Assembly: GCA_001750645.1 (NCBI GenBank)
Contig: MEIF01000228.1
Coordinates: forward strand, 7,236 to 71,235
DNA length: 64,000 bases
DNA from: Gammaproteobacteria bacterium AqS3
Lineage (GTDB): Bacteria > Pseudomonadota > Gammaproteobacteria > MEIF01 > AqS3
Direction: 5' to 3'
Under the pieces are notes generated by a model. The model worked only from the letters and a program-made list of their open reading frames with translations. It had not been told where the DNA came from and did no database searches. Shown here piece by piece: positions 27,544 through 39,686 of this stretch (position 1 is its first letter; every line of letters begins with the position of its first letter). The position numbers and the translations under genes were made by a program.

Positions 27544-28971
27544 ATGAATATTCTGATTCTCGGAGCTGGAAAGGTCGGCAGAGCTCTGGCGGAAATCCTC
27601 TCGCGCGAGCCGGACAACGATGTCAGCGTCATCGACCTCGACCCCGACCGCGTCGAGCAGGTCAAAAGGCACTCAGAGATCACCGCCCTCGTCGGCAGCG
27701 CCTGCTATGAATCCGACCTGAAGAAGGCCAACATCGAGAGGGCCGACATCGTCATCGCCTGCACGCGCAGCGACGAGATCAACCTGCTGGCGTGCGACGT
27801 CGCCAAGCGAATGTTCGGCGTCCCCGACTGCATCGCCCGGCTGCACAGCGAGGAATTCGACAACTACATGCACCGGCGCGAAATGCAGAGCGGCAGCGCC
27901 TACCAGATCGACCAGATCATCCGCCCCGAGGGGCTGATCACCGAACAGTTCCTGCAGCTGATCCTGCACACCAACGCCCTGCAGGTGAAGAAGTTCGTCA
28001 AGGATCGCCTGAGCCTGGTCGCTGTGCGCGCCGTCGCCGGCTCTCGGGGCGGTCTCATGGTCGGCCAGGATCTGCGCTCGCTCGGCCAGACCCTGGAGCG
28101 CAAATATCTGGAGACGCGCGTGGTCGCCATCTACCGCCAGGGTCAGGCGCTTGAGAAGATCTCCGGCGAGACCACCATCGAGCAGGGCGATGAGGTGTTC
28201 TTCCTGGCCGAGAGCAATTTCATCGACGAGGTCATTCACGAGATGCACACCGAGGTGCGCCGCCCGCACCACTACATCGCCATCGCCGGCTGCACCAAAA
28301 TCGGCATCAGTCTGGCGCAGATCCTCGAAGAGCGCACCGACATCGAGCAGGTCAAGATTCTCGACGTCGACCGAAACCGCTGCGAAATGGCCGCCGACAA
28401 GTTGAAGTCCGCCATCGTGCTGCACGGAGACGCCGGCGACAGCAACATGTTCGAGGTCGAGAACCTCAGCCACTACGACGTCTTCTGCGCCCTGACCGAG
28501 GATGACGAGCACAACATCATGTCGGCGATGCTGGCGCGCCAGCGGGGCGTGCGCAAGGTGATCGCCCTGGTGTCCAACCCGGTCTACTCCGAGCTGATCG
28601 AGAGCGACAAGATCGACGTGCTGGTCTCCCCGGCAGCCATCACCACCTCCGAGCTGCTGCAGCACATCCGCGGCGCCAATGTCGAGCTGGTGCACAGCCT
28701 GCGCTACGGCCTCGCCGAGGCGCTGGAGATCGTGGTGCAGCTCAACGACGCCATGGCCTCGGAGGATCCCGTCGTCGGCAAAAGATTCAAGGAAATCGAC
28801 CTGCCCCCCAAGGTCACGGTCGGCGCCGTGGTGCGCGGCGAGGAGGTCTTTCTGCAGTCAGCCTATCTGGAGAAAGAGCTGCGCCTGGAGGTCAATGACC
28901 GCGTGGTTTTGTTCCTGTCGGACCGGGAGGTCCTGAGCCAAGTCGCCAAACTGTTCAGCTTTCATCAGTGA
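27544..28971 (+). CDS. trkA: Trk potassium uptake system NAD-binding protein TrkA
   Basis: The protein has two RCK/TrkA-N Rossmann repeats (ILILGAGKVG and the IAIAGCTKIG region). Confidence 0.85.
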   Translation: MNILILGAGKVGRALAEILSREPDNDVSVIDLDPDRVEQVKRHSEITALVGSACYESDLKKANIERADIVIACTRSDEINLLACDVAKRMFGVPDCIARLHSEEFDNYMHRREMQSGSAYQIDQIIRPEGLITEQFLQLILHTNALQVKKFVKDRLSLVAVRAVAGSRGGLMVGQDLRSLGQTLERKYLETRVVAIYRQGQALEKISGETTIEQGDEVFFLAESNFIDEVIHEMHTEVRRPHHYIAIAGCTKIGISLAQILEERTDIEQVKILDVDRNRCEMAADKLKSAIVLHGDAGDSNMFEVENLSHYDVFCALTEDDEHNIMSAMLARQRGVRKVIALVSNPVYSELIESDKIDVLVSPAAITTSELLQHIRGANVELVHSLRYGLAEALEIVVQLNDAMASEDPVVGKRFKEIDLPPKVTVGAVVRGEEVFLQSAYLEKELRLEVNDRVVLFLSDREVLSQVAKLFSFHQ

Positions 28972-30419
28972 TCCAGTACCGCGCCATCGCCTACATGGCC
29001 GGGCTGATGCTTTGGATCTTCATCATCATGCTGCTGATCCCGCTGGTGATGAGCCTGTGGGAGGACGGACAGAGCACCAACACCTTTCTCAAGAGCATGG
29101 GCATCACCGCCGCCGCCGGCACCGCCCTGCTGATCATCGGCAAGCGGCCCGATTCGCACATCAGCGCGCGCACCGGCTTTCTGTTGACGCTGGTCTTCTG
29201 GTTCATGCTGCCGGCGGCGGCCATGGTGCCGATGTACCTGCTGCTGGGCGGCGAGGATGTCAGCTTCGTCGATGCGCTGTTCGAGTCGGTCTCGGCCATC
29301 ACCACCACCGGGGCGACCGTGCTGTCGGGCCTGGACGACATGCCCCGCTCGGTTCTGATGTACCGGCAGATGCTGCAGTGGCTCGGCGGGCTCGGCATCG
29401 TGGTGCTGGCCATCACGATCGCACCGCTGATGAATACCCGCACCTCGCACTTCGCCCGCATCGATCTGGGCGCCATTCATGAAACCGAACTGGCCCCCCG
29501 CATCATCAAGACCGCTCAGTACCTGTGGATCATCTATTCGCTGCTGACGCTGACCTGCGCCGCCGCCTACTGGGTCGCCGGCATGAACCTCTTCGATGCC
29601 ATTGCCCATGCGTTTTCAACCGTCGCCATCGGCGGCTTCTCGACCCACGACGCCAGCCTGGCCTACTTTGACAGCCCCTTCATCGAGGCGGTCGCCGTCG
29701 TGTTCATGCTGATCGCCTCAGTCAACTTCGGCCTGCACTTTCGCGCCATGTTCCGCCTGCAGTTTGACCACTACCTCTTCAACACCGAGCTGCAGTTCTT
29801 CCTGTTCTACACCGTCGCCCTGAGCGCCCTGGTCGTTGGCGTGCTCCACTTTGTCGGCGACCAGGGCATCGGCGAGGCCGTGCGCTACGGCGTGTTTACG
29901 ACCGTCTCCTTCATCACGACCACCGGCTTTGCCTCCACCGACCACACGGTATTCCCCTCGGTGGTTCCCTTTCTGCTGGTGCTCGGGGCGTGCTTTGGCG
30001 GCTGCGGCGGCTCGACCAGCGGCGGCATCAAGTCCTTCCGCATCCTGGTGCTGACGCGCCAGTCGATCACCCAATTCAAAAAGGTTCTGCACCCTTATGG
30101 CGTGTTCCACACCCGTGCCGGTGATGAGAACGCATCCCCCAGCGTCATTGACGCCATTCTCGCGTTCTTCATCCTGTACGTATTCGTCTACGTCGTCATC
30201 TTCCTCGTGCTGATGCTGTGCGGCCTGGATTTCATCACCGCCTTCTCAGCCTCCGGAGCCACGCTGAACAACGCCGGCCCCGGCCTGGGTGATATCGGGG
30301 GCACCTACGAAACCCTGCCTGACATCGCCAAGCTGGTGATGTGTCTGGCCATGCTTCTGGGGCGTCTGGAGATCGTGACCCTGCTGGTGCTGCTGACGCC
30401 GTTCTTTTGGAGAATCTGA
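28968..30419 (+). CDS. trkH: Trk potassium uptake protein TrkH
   Basis: This is a polytopic membrane protein with repeated pore-loop segments, coupled to trkA. Confidence 0.85.
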   Translation: MIQYRAIAYMAGLMLWIFIIMLLIPLVMSLWEDGQSTNTFLKSMGITAAAGTALLIIGKRPDSHISARTGFLLTLVFWFMLPAAAMVPMYLLLGGEDVSFVDALFESVSAITTTGATVLSGLDDMPRSVLMYRQMLQWLGGLGIVVLAITIAPLMNTRTSHFARIDLGAIHETELAPRIIKTAQYLWIIYSLLTLTCAAAYWVAGMNLFDAIAHAFSTVAIGGFSTHDASLAYFDSPFIEAVAVVFMLIASVNFGLHFRAMFRLQFDHYLFNTELQFFLFYTVALSALVVGVLHFVGDQGIGEAVRYGVFTTVSFITTTGFASTDHTVFPSVVPFLLVLGACFGGCGGSTSGGIKSFRILVLTRQSITQFKKVLHPYGVFHTRAGDENASPSVIDAILAFFILYVFVYVVIFLVLMLCGLDFITAFSASGATLNNAGPGLGDIGGTYETLPDIAKLVMCLAMLLGRLEIVTLLVLLTPFFWRI

Positions 30420-30464
30420 GGGCGGTGCGCCGATAAGTCCCCGCCGCACCCTGCGGCATTCGTC

Positions 30465-30743
30465 CTAGTCGGCCTGCTCAGGGGGAACGTAGCCGGACGG
30501 GCGGGCGTGATCCTCGTTGCGGAAGAAGGCGCTGCGCTGCTCGGCCAGCCACTTGCGCCCCTCTGCGTCCATGGTGTTGATCTGGTTCTCATTGATCAGC
30601 ATGGTCTGCAGCTCAATCCATGCGGCCCAGGCCTGTGCCGAAACATGTTCGTAGATATCCTGCCCTGCCGGTCCGGGGAACGGAGGCTTTTCCAGCCCGG
30701 GAAGCTCCCCGCCAAATTTTCGACACATCACCGTTCGACCCAT
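30465..30743 (-). CDS. yggX: Fe(2+)-trafficking / oxidative-damage protection protein YggX
   Basis: The sequence MGRTVMCRKFGGELPGLE...AWAAWIELQTMLINENQIN aligns with E. coli YggX (MSRTIFCTF...AWAQWQHKQTMLINEKKLN). The gene overlaps the mutY 3' end. Confidence 0.8.
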   Translation of the reverse strand: MGRTVMCRKFGGELPGLEKPPFPGPAGQDIYEHVSAQAWAAWIELQTMLINENQINTMDAEGRKWLAEQRSAFFRNEDHARPSGYVPPEQAD

Positions 30744-31789
30744 GAATCTCCCTCCAGAGCACCCAGCAGTTTCTGCAGCGGTTTTGGCAGACCCAGCCGG
30801 CCGGTCTGATCCAAGTCACACCAGCGCGCCGCCTGGCTGTCAAATTTTTTCGCCTTTCCGGCGGCACGGAGTATAACCGGCTGCAAAACCAGTCTGCGAT
30901 GCGTGAGGCGGTGCTCAACCGCATCCAGCCTGCGCAGAATTTTGACCCTCAAACCCCATTTTTGCCGGCAGTCCCGGGCCGCATCGGCTTCGGCCTCGAG
31001 CACCGGCGGCGCCCAGAGCCCGCCCCAGATTCCCGTTTCCTCGCGGCGCTGCAGCAGAACCTGGCCCTTGGCGTTGAACACGAGCGCGAGCTGCCAGTGA
31101 ACGCTGGGGACAGATTTCGCCGGCGCCGGGGTCGGCAGCCGGTGTACTGCACCGAGCTTGCGTGCGCGGCATTCGGCGCCCCAGGGACACGCCCCGCAAT
31201 CGGGGTTGCGGCGCCGGCACAGCGTCGCCCCCAGATCCATGATCGCCTGACAGTATTCGCGCGCGGAGTGATCCGGGGTGCAGCTCTCGGCCAGCTCCCA
31301 CAGCCTGCGCTTCACCTCGGGTCTGCCCCACCAGCCCTCAAGGGCAAACACCCGCGACAGCACGCGCCGGGCGTTGCCGTCAAGGATGGCGTCGGGAATG
31401 TCCCAGGCCTGAGCCCGGATCGCCGCGGCGCTGGAACGACCGATGCCCGGCAGGCTCTGCAGAAGCTCGGCGTCGCGCGGCAGCCTGCCGCCGTGCCGCT
31501 CAACGACAATCTGTGCACTGCGATGCAGATTGCGCGCCCGGCTGTAATAGCCCAGGCCGGCCCACTCGGCCAGGACATCGTCCAGGGAGGCCTCGGCCAG
31601 TGCGCGGATGCTGGGAAAGCGGCGCATGAATCGACCGAAGGGTTCGACCACCGTGGCCGCCTGAGTCTGCTGCAGCATGACCTCGGAAACCCAGACCCGA
31701 TAAGGCGTGCGCCGCCTCTGCCACGGCAGGTCGTGGCGACCGAAGCGTTGCCGCCAAGTGAGCAGTTTCTCGGCACTCGGCGGTTTGAT
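30728..31789 (-). CDS. mutY: Adenine DNA glycosylase MutY, start codon non-canonical or mutated
   Basis: The motifs YRVWVSEVMLQQTQ, the CRRRNPDCGACPW Fe-S cluster loop and a NUDIX-like C-terminus are present. The frame stays open upstream of the first ATG (MLQQ) through ...SAEKLLTWRQRFGRHDLPWQRRRTPYRVW, which is homologous to the E. coli MutY N-terminus. No ATG, GTG or TTG occurs before the stop codons at about 31814-31819. ATC at complement 31787-31789 is the best candidate start. Confidence 0.75.
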   Translation of the reverse strand: MKPPSAEKLLTWRQRFGRHDLPWQRRRTPYRVWVSEVMLQQTQAATVVEPFGRFMRRFPSIRALAEASLDDVLAEWAGLGYYSRARNLHRSAQIVVERHGGRLPRDAELLQSLPGIGRSSAAAIRAQAWDIPDAILDGNARRVLSRVFALEGWWGRPEVKRRLWELAESCTPDHSAREYCQAIMDLGATLCRRRNPDCGACPWGAECRARKLGAVHRLPTPAPAKSVPSVHWQLALVFNAKGQVLLQRREETGIWGGLWAPPVLEAEADAARDCRQKWGLRVKILRRLDAVEHRLTHRRLVLQPVILRAAGKAKKFDSQAARWCDLDQTGRLGLPKPLQKLLGALEGDSWVER

Positions 31790-31857
31790 GGCTGATCCGA
31801 CAGCGCTTCCGGGTCACTATGACACAATGCCCTTTGACCCGCATTCAAGGTCAAATC

Positions 31858-32814
31858 ATGGCCGCACCCCTCATCGCCACCACCCCCGCAGGCGAGCGCG
31901 CACTGAGGCAGCACGCTCCCGAAATCGCCGAACAGTGCCGCTTCCTCCTGCTGAATGAAGACGGCTCGCTGCCGGCGGACGCCTCCGAGGCTGCGGACAT
32001 CTTGCTGGTGTTCTACGACCTGTTCTTCACGGCTCATGTCAGCGCCTCTCCGATAACCGAAAACCTCTCGGCCGTTGCCGGCGAGTGCAGCTGGGTTCAG
32101 GCCGGGTCGGCCGGCTGGGACGATGCGTTTCTGGGTTCGATCAAGCACAGCGCCCGGCGCTACTGCAATGCCTCGGGCGTGCATGCCCCCTCGATAGCCA
32201 ACTACGTCTTCGCCCACTTTCTGGCGCACTGCAAGCGGCTGGATCTGCACCGGCTTCAGCAGGCCGAGCACATCTGGCAGGGCCAGGGGGGAGACGGCGA
32301 ACTGACCGAGGCACATCTGGGCATCGTCGGCTACGGCGGCATCGGTCGGGAAATCGCCCGCCTGGGGCGCGCCTTCAACATGCACATCACCGCCATTCGA
32401 CGCTCGCCGCAGCCAGACCCGCACGCCGATGAGGTCTGGGGCACTGATCGGCTGGATGAATTGATTGCCCAGAGCGCCTACCTGGCGCTGTGCGCACCCC
32501 ATTCCTCCGAGACCGAGGGGCTGCTGGATGCCCGCCGTCTGGCGCTGATGCCCGAGGGCTCCGTGCTGGTCAATGTCGGGCGGGGCTCCGCCATCGTCGA
32601 GGCCGATCTCATCGAGGCGCTGAAGCGGGGACGGCCCGCCTACGCCGCCATTGACACCACGGCGACAGAGCCTCTGCCAGAGGACTCGCCGCTGTGGGAC
32701 ACCCCCAATCTCTACATCTCTCCGCACGACTCGGCCTTCTCGCCGCATTCAGTGCCGAGGTTGATGAAGCTGTTCGCCGAGAACATCCGCCGACATATCG
32801 CCGGAGAGGAATTG

Positions 32815-32838
<24 letters not shown>
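31858..32838 (+). CDS. D-isomer-specific 2-hydroxyacid dehydrogenase family protein (NAD-binding)
   Basis: The motifs GIVGYGGIGREIAR (GxGxxG), NVGRG and ISPH are present with a catalytic His. The start is at MAAPLIATTP. Confidence 0.75.
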
Positions 32839-35785
<2,947 letters not shown>

Positions 35786-35823
35786 TCATTGCACGGCCTT
35801 CTGACCCTGTTTTGGGCGGCTTT

Positions 35824-36903
35824 TTACCGATTTTCAGCGGCCTGTTCCACGTGGAACACCTGAGGATTCTCTGCGGCCAGACGCTCCGGCAGCTCCGGAT
35901 CCGGGCTGGTCCAAAAGCTCTGAATCTGCTGGCTGCGCACCAGAACGGCCACAGCCTCCAAACTGGCGGCATCCAGCTCCGAGGCGATGTCATCCAGCAG
36001 CAGAACCGGAAGCGCCGATCCCGGCGCTGATGCCAGCAGCCGAACCTTCGCCAGAACCAGAAGCAGACTCAGCAGCCGCTGCTCGGCCCGGGACAGCACA
36101 CCGCGCACCCGCCTTGCACCCACGCTGATCTGCAGGTCTGCCCGGTGCGGCCCCTGGCGCGTGTGGCCAGTCTCGCGATCCGTCTGCAGGTCTCGCGCCC
36201 AGGTCTGCTCGAGCGTTAAGTCTTCGGGCCAGCCGCGGCGCAGCGTCAATTGAATCCTCTCAGCAAAGCGGGTCAGTGCGCGGCTCAGTTCAGGGGCGGC
36301 CTGAAGCGCATCAAACTGCTCCTGAAGCTGATCCGTGACCCGGGTGCGCGCTTGGGTCATCTGCTCGGCCAGGTTCAGCAAAATGGCGTCCCAGTGCGCA
36401 AGCGTTTCCAGACTACCGCTGCGCAGCTGCTCATTGCGCTGACGCAGCGCGCGGCGGTAGTCTTGCAGCACCCGATGAAAAGAATGTTCCACGTGGAACA
36501 CCACTCCGTCCAGATACTGACGGCGCAGCGCAGGGGCTCCGGAGACGAGCCCCTGGCTCTCCGGATGCGCCACTGCCATGGGAAGGGTGCGCACCTGTTC
36601 CGAGCGCAGCCGAATCAATTCGCCATTGGCAGAGACGCTCGGCAGCTCGCCCCGCTGTTTTTCAAAGCGGAGCCGGCGCCTGTGCGCATCGCCCGCAATG
36701 CCCAGCTTGTCAGCGCCGAAACGGATCACATGATCCAAGTCGGTGTAGAGAAAGGAACGACCGGAGCCGAGGATGTGAATGGACTCCAGCAGGGCGGTCT
36801 TGCCCGAGCCGTTTCTGCCCAGTATCAGGTTGCAGCCGGCGCCGGGGGAGAATTCAAGTCGCTCCAGATTGCGCACATTGCTGAGCCAGAGGCTCTCAAT
36901 CAC
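35824..36903 (-). CDS. recF: DNA replication and repair protein RecF
   Basis: The Walker A motif is GRNGSGKTALLESI. An SMC-like signature is present. The gene sits in the dnaA-dnaN-recF-gyrB order. Confidence 0.9.
   Translation of the reverse strand: MIESLWLSNVRNLERLEFSPGAGCNLILGRNGSGKTALLESIHILGSGRSFLYTDLDHVIRFGADKLGIAGDAHRRRLRFEKQRGELPSVSANGELIRLRSEQVRTLPMAVAHPESQGLVSGAPALRRQYLDGVVFHVEHSFHRVLQDYRRALRQRNEQLRSGSLETLAHWDAILLNLAEQMTQARTRVTDQLQEQFDALQAAPELSRALTRFAERIQLTLRRGWPEDLTLEQTWARDLQTDRETGHTRQGPHRADLQISVGARRVRGVLSRAEQRLLSLLLVLAKVRLLASAPGSALPVLLLDDIASELDAASLEAVAVLVRSQQIQSFWTSPDPELPERLAAENPQVFHVEQAAENR
35842..35857. promoter_or_regulatory. parS site (ParB-binding centromere-like palindrome TGTTCCACGTGGAACA) within recF coding sequence
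   Basis: This is a perfect 16-bp palindrome identical to the canonical parS consensus (TGTTNCACGTGAAACA family; the GG variant is the Pseudomonas-type perfect site). Confidence 0.65.
36485..36500. promoter_or_regulatory. Second parS site (TGTTCCACGTGGAACA) within recF coding sequence
   Basis: This copy is identical to the first. The identical 18-mer tgttccacgtggaacacc occurs at both sites. parAB lie about 12 kb away in the same origin region. Confidence 0.65.
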
Positions 36904-36924
36904 GGTTTGCGCCCCGGATTCGGG

Positions 36925-38148
36925 TCAGTTGCGAAGCGGCATGACCAGGCAAAAGGCCCTCAGCGAGGCGGGCGATGGATCCGGAGCGACCTGCTCAAGC
37001 CTTGAGGCCAAGTCATTGCCGAAGACCGAAAAGCGCACCAAAACATCCTGGGCTTCGGGGATGGCGCTGAGTGCATCCTTGATGTATTGAATGTTGTAGC
37101 GAATCCTCAATTCGCCGGGGCCTGACGTCCAAGTGATGTCCAGCTCGGTCTTTGCCCCCTCCTTGGTGTTGTCGCGGTTGCAGATCATCCTGAGTCTGTC
37201 ACTCGACGAGGACATGAAGTGAACACTGGTCGGGTTGTCGGGGCTGGTGTTGGACAGCAGCGCCACGCGCTGAATGTTTTCCAGCAGCATTTTGTTGTCA
37301 ACGTCAAAGCTGTGCTCGGGATCCTGCTTGGGAATGATGTGCCTGAATTCCGGAAAATCCGCGTCAATCAACCGGGTGACGAGAACGGTTTTGCCGATCT
37401 TCATGCTGATCTGATCGCCGCCCGAAATATCCTTGACATTTTCGTCCTCCCGAAAAATCTCAAGGACCGCCTCGTCATCCTCTCCCTCCAGCAGGTTCAT
37501 CAGCGTTTGAATGGATTTGCTCGGCAGCAGAAAGTGCCAGTGCAGATCCTGCTGATCGGAGTCATCGTCCTCCCCCTCCCGAGCGATCTCGGCGAATGCC
37601 ATGCGGTGACCGTCCATCGCCACCGCCACAATGCCGTCGCCGTCCTTGGCGATTTCAAGCTTCATGCCGTTGAGGTAGTGGCGCACATCCTTCTGCGCCA
37701 TGGCGTAGTACGTGTGCTTCAGCAGCGTGCGCAGCTCTCCGACATTGACCGAGCACACCGGAACCTTGAGTTCCTTGGCGCCCGGAAATGTCTCGCCGGT
37801 ATCGCCGTTTAGGTCGTACTCAACGCTGTCGTATTGGATGCGCATCGTCAAGCCGCCGGCTTCGCCCTCGGTCGGTATCTGACCCAGCGAGACAACTTTT
37901 TCAGAGGGAAGCCCGCGCACAATCTTGAACAGGTCCTGAACCACCAGGCTCACCGAGCCCTGCTCCTGGACGGTGATCCCATCGACACAGCTGCGCAGCC
38001 ACATGGTTCCGTCTGTGGTGGTCATCACCAGCTCGCTGCCCGAGGCCTGCAGGTGAATCTGCTTGGTGAAGTTTTGATGCGTGGATGAGACCTCATTGTT
38101 GTGACCCAGAAAGGGCATGAGCGCCTCTTTAGTGAAATCGATCTTCAT
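36925..38148 (-). CDS. dnaN: DNA polymerase III beta sliding clamp
   Basis: Three-domain clamp architecture is present, with YLNGMKLE, DGHRMA and LIDADFPEFRHIIP. The C-terminus is VMPLRN. The protein is slightly longer than typical, with acidic insertions. Confidence 0.85.
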   Translation of the reverse strand: MKIDFTKEALMPFLGHNNEVSSTHQNFTKQIHLQASGSELVMTTTDGTMWLRSCVDGITVQEQGSVSLVVQDLFKIVRGLPSEKVVSLGQIPTEGEAGGLTMRIQYDSVEYDLNGDTGETFPGAKELKVPVCSVNVGELRTLLKHTYYAMAQKDVRHYLNGMKLEIAKDGDGIVAVAMDGHRMAFAEIAREGEDDDSDQQDLHWHFLLPSKSIQTLMNLLEGEDDEAVLEIFREDENVKDISGGDQISMKIGKTVLVTRLIDADFPEFRHIIPKQDPEHSFDVDNKMLLENIQRVALLSNTSPDNPTSVHFMSSSSDRLRMICNRDNTKEGAKTELDITWTSGPGELRIRYNIQYIKDALSAIPEAQDVLVRFSVFGNDLASRLEQVAPDPSPASLRAFCLVMPLRN

Positions 38149-39545
38149 CTGGAAAGCTCCCGTTTGCGCGCCGCCTCACAGCGTTCGGTCAAGCGCTGCA
38201 GTTCATTATTCAAGGCGGTGTCGCCTTCATCAAGTTCGCCCTGGATTTTTTCGACAGCGTGGATGACGGTCGTGTGATCCCGGTTGAAGCTGTCGCCGAT
38301 GTCGGGGTAGCTGGACTGGGTCAGCGTTTTGCACAGATACATTGCGATGTGACGCGCCCGCACCACCGCCTTTTTGCGGCTCTTTCCGGTCAGCTCGGCC
38401 TGGCTGAAATGATAGGTTTCGGCGACGATCTTTTTGATGGTTCCGATGTCCATGCTCATCGGCGCCTTGATCATCAGTGCCACCCACTGCTCCAGATCGC
38501 CAACCGTGATGTTTTCGGAGGAATAATCCTGCCCCCGGCTTCTGACACTGACCATGGTCACCGCACCCTCAATCTGGCGCACGGACTCGCAAAAATGGGC
38601 GGCGATGTAACCGCAGCATTCGTCTGAAAGATCGCCCAGCCCCTCCTCGTATGCCTTGGCTCGGGTAATGGCAAGACGGGTGACCGAATCCAGCTTCTGC
38701 ACCTCCAGCTGAACCCCTCCGCTCAGGCGATCCTTGAGGCCGATCCGGTCCATCGGCAGGTCGCGCAGCGGCTGCGTTGATGTGCACACGATGCGCATGT
38801 TGGGGTTGTCGTCCAGCAGGCTCTGCAATTCCTCCTCGGCGCGCCGCTTCTTGCCCTCGCTGAGGAAGTGAAGGTCGTCAAACAGCAGGAGGTCAACGCT
38901 GCCAAATTCGGCCCTGAACAAGTCAACCGCGTTGCTTTGGAGCGCCTCAAGCATTTGCGTCAGAAACTGATTCGCACGGACATAGCGCAGCCGGGCTGCA
39001 GGGCTGTGGATCAGAACATAGTTGCCGATGGCGTGCAGCAGGTGCGTTTTGCCGATGCCGGAATCTCCGATGATGACCATCGGCACCTTGAATTTCGGCT
39101 CCTCCTGAGCAGCCTGGAGCGCCGCATCAAAGGCCGCCTGATTGCATTTGCCCTGAACAAAGCGCTCGAAGGTCAGGCGCGGGATCAGGTGCGTCTCCCA
39201 GCCGGAGATGTGGGGAGAATCAACCGACTGCTCAATCCCATGAATGGGGAAAATCTGCCCTCGGCTCTTGAAGTTGATGTTGCATTCAGCGCCCACGACC
39301 TCTGTGCATTTGACGGCTATCAACTTGCCGTAACTCTGATCAACCCACTGGCTCAGCAGATCATTCTGCACCATCAGGGTGAATTCACACGGATCGCTCT
39401 CCATGTCAAAGCCTACCAGCTCAAGATGCTGTAGGTAGTCGCTCATTTCCTGAGACGATAGCTCCTGACCGATATGCTCCAGCACCTGCTCCCAGATCGC
39501 ATCTGCATCATTCGCCAGCGCTGACGATTCACCCCCTCCCGACAT
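38145..39545 (-). CDS. dnaA: Chromosomal replication initiator protein DnaA
   Basis: The AAA+ Walker A motif is GDSGIGKTHLLHAIGN. The protein has a domain IV helix-turn-helix (ARHIAMYLCKTLTQSSYPDIGDSFNRDHTTVIHA). Confidence 0.95.
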   Translation of the reverse strand: MSGGGESSALANDADAIWEQVLEHIGQELSSQEMSDYLQHLELVGFDMESDPCEFTLMVQNDLLSQWVDQSYGKLIAVKCTEVVGAECNINFKSRGQIFPIHGIEQSVDSPHISGWETHLIPRLTFERFVQGKCNQAAFDAALQAAQEEPKFKVPMVIIGDSGIGKTHLLHAIGNYVLIHSPAARLRYVRANQFLTQMLEALQSNAVDLFRAEFGSVDLLLFDDLHFLSEGKKRRAEEELQSLLDDNPNMRIVCTSTQPLRDLPMDRIGLKDRLSGGVQLEVQKLDSVTRLAITRAKAYEEGLGDLSDECCGYIAAHFCESVRQIEGAVTMVSVRSRGQDYSSENITVGDLEQWVALMIKAPMSMDIGTIKKIVAETYHFSQAELTGKSRKKAVVRARHIAMYLCKTLTQSSYPDIGDSFNRDHTTVIHAVEKIQGELDEGDTALNNELQRLTERCEAARKRELSR

Positions 39546-39616
39546 GGTCTTCCTTCTCCAGTCCCCACCTTAAAAACAAGTTACACCTTCCCTTCTGATC
39601 CCGCAAGGCGAAACTT

Positions 39617-39625
39617 GTGGATAAA
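39617..39625. promoter_or_regulatory. DnaA box (TGTGGATAA) in dnaA promoter region
   Basis: It is a perfect match to the reverse complement of TTATCCACA. It lies 72 bp upstream of the dnaA start. Confidence 0.45.
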
Positions 39626-39686
39626 CACTCTGAACCCGAAAACCGCTGTGCCGAGGGGTGGCAAATCCCCGTCAGCACTGCGGCAA

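Noticed and set aside
30420-30464. Possible bidirectional terminator hairpin (GCCGCA-ccc-TGCGGC) between convergent trkH and yggX
   Set aside because: The stem is only 6 bp and GC-rich without a clear U-tract on either strand. The evidence is insufficient.
31312-32748. 478-aa minus-strand ORF, plus other long GC-rich ORFs (10833..12191 +, 25184..26173 -, 25989..26972 -, 27673..28695 -, 46273..47571 -, 47333..48472 -, 39615..40844 +, 58087..59079 -, 59253..60179 -)
   Set aside because: All overlap and are antisense or out of frame to genes with clear conserved motifs (mutY/dehydrogenase, qor/NUDIX, fmt, rsmB, trkA, mnmG, rsmG/parA, aldH, permease, gcvT). They show biased Arg/Ala/Gly/Pro composition.
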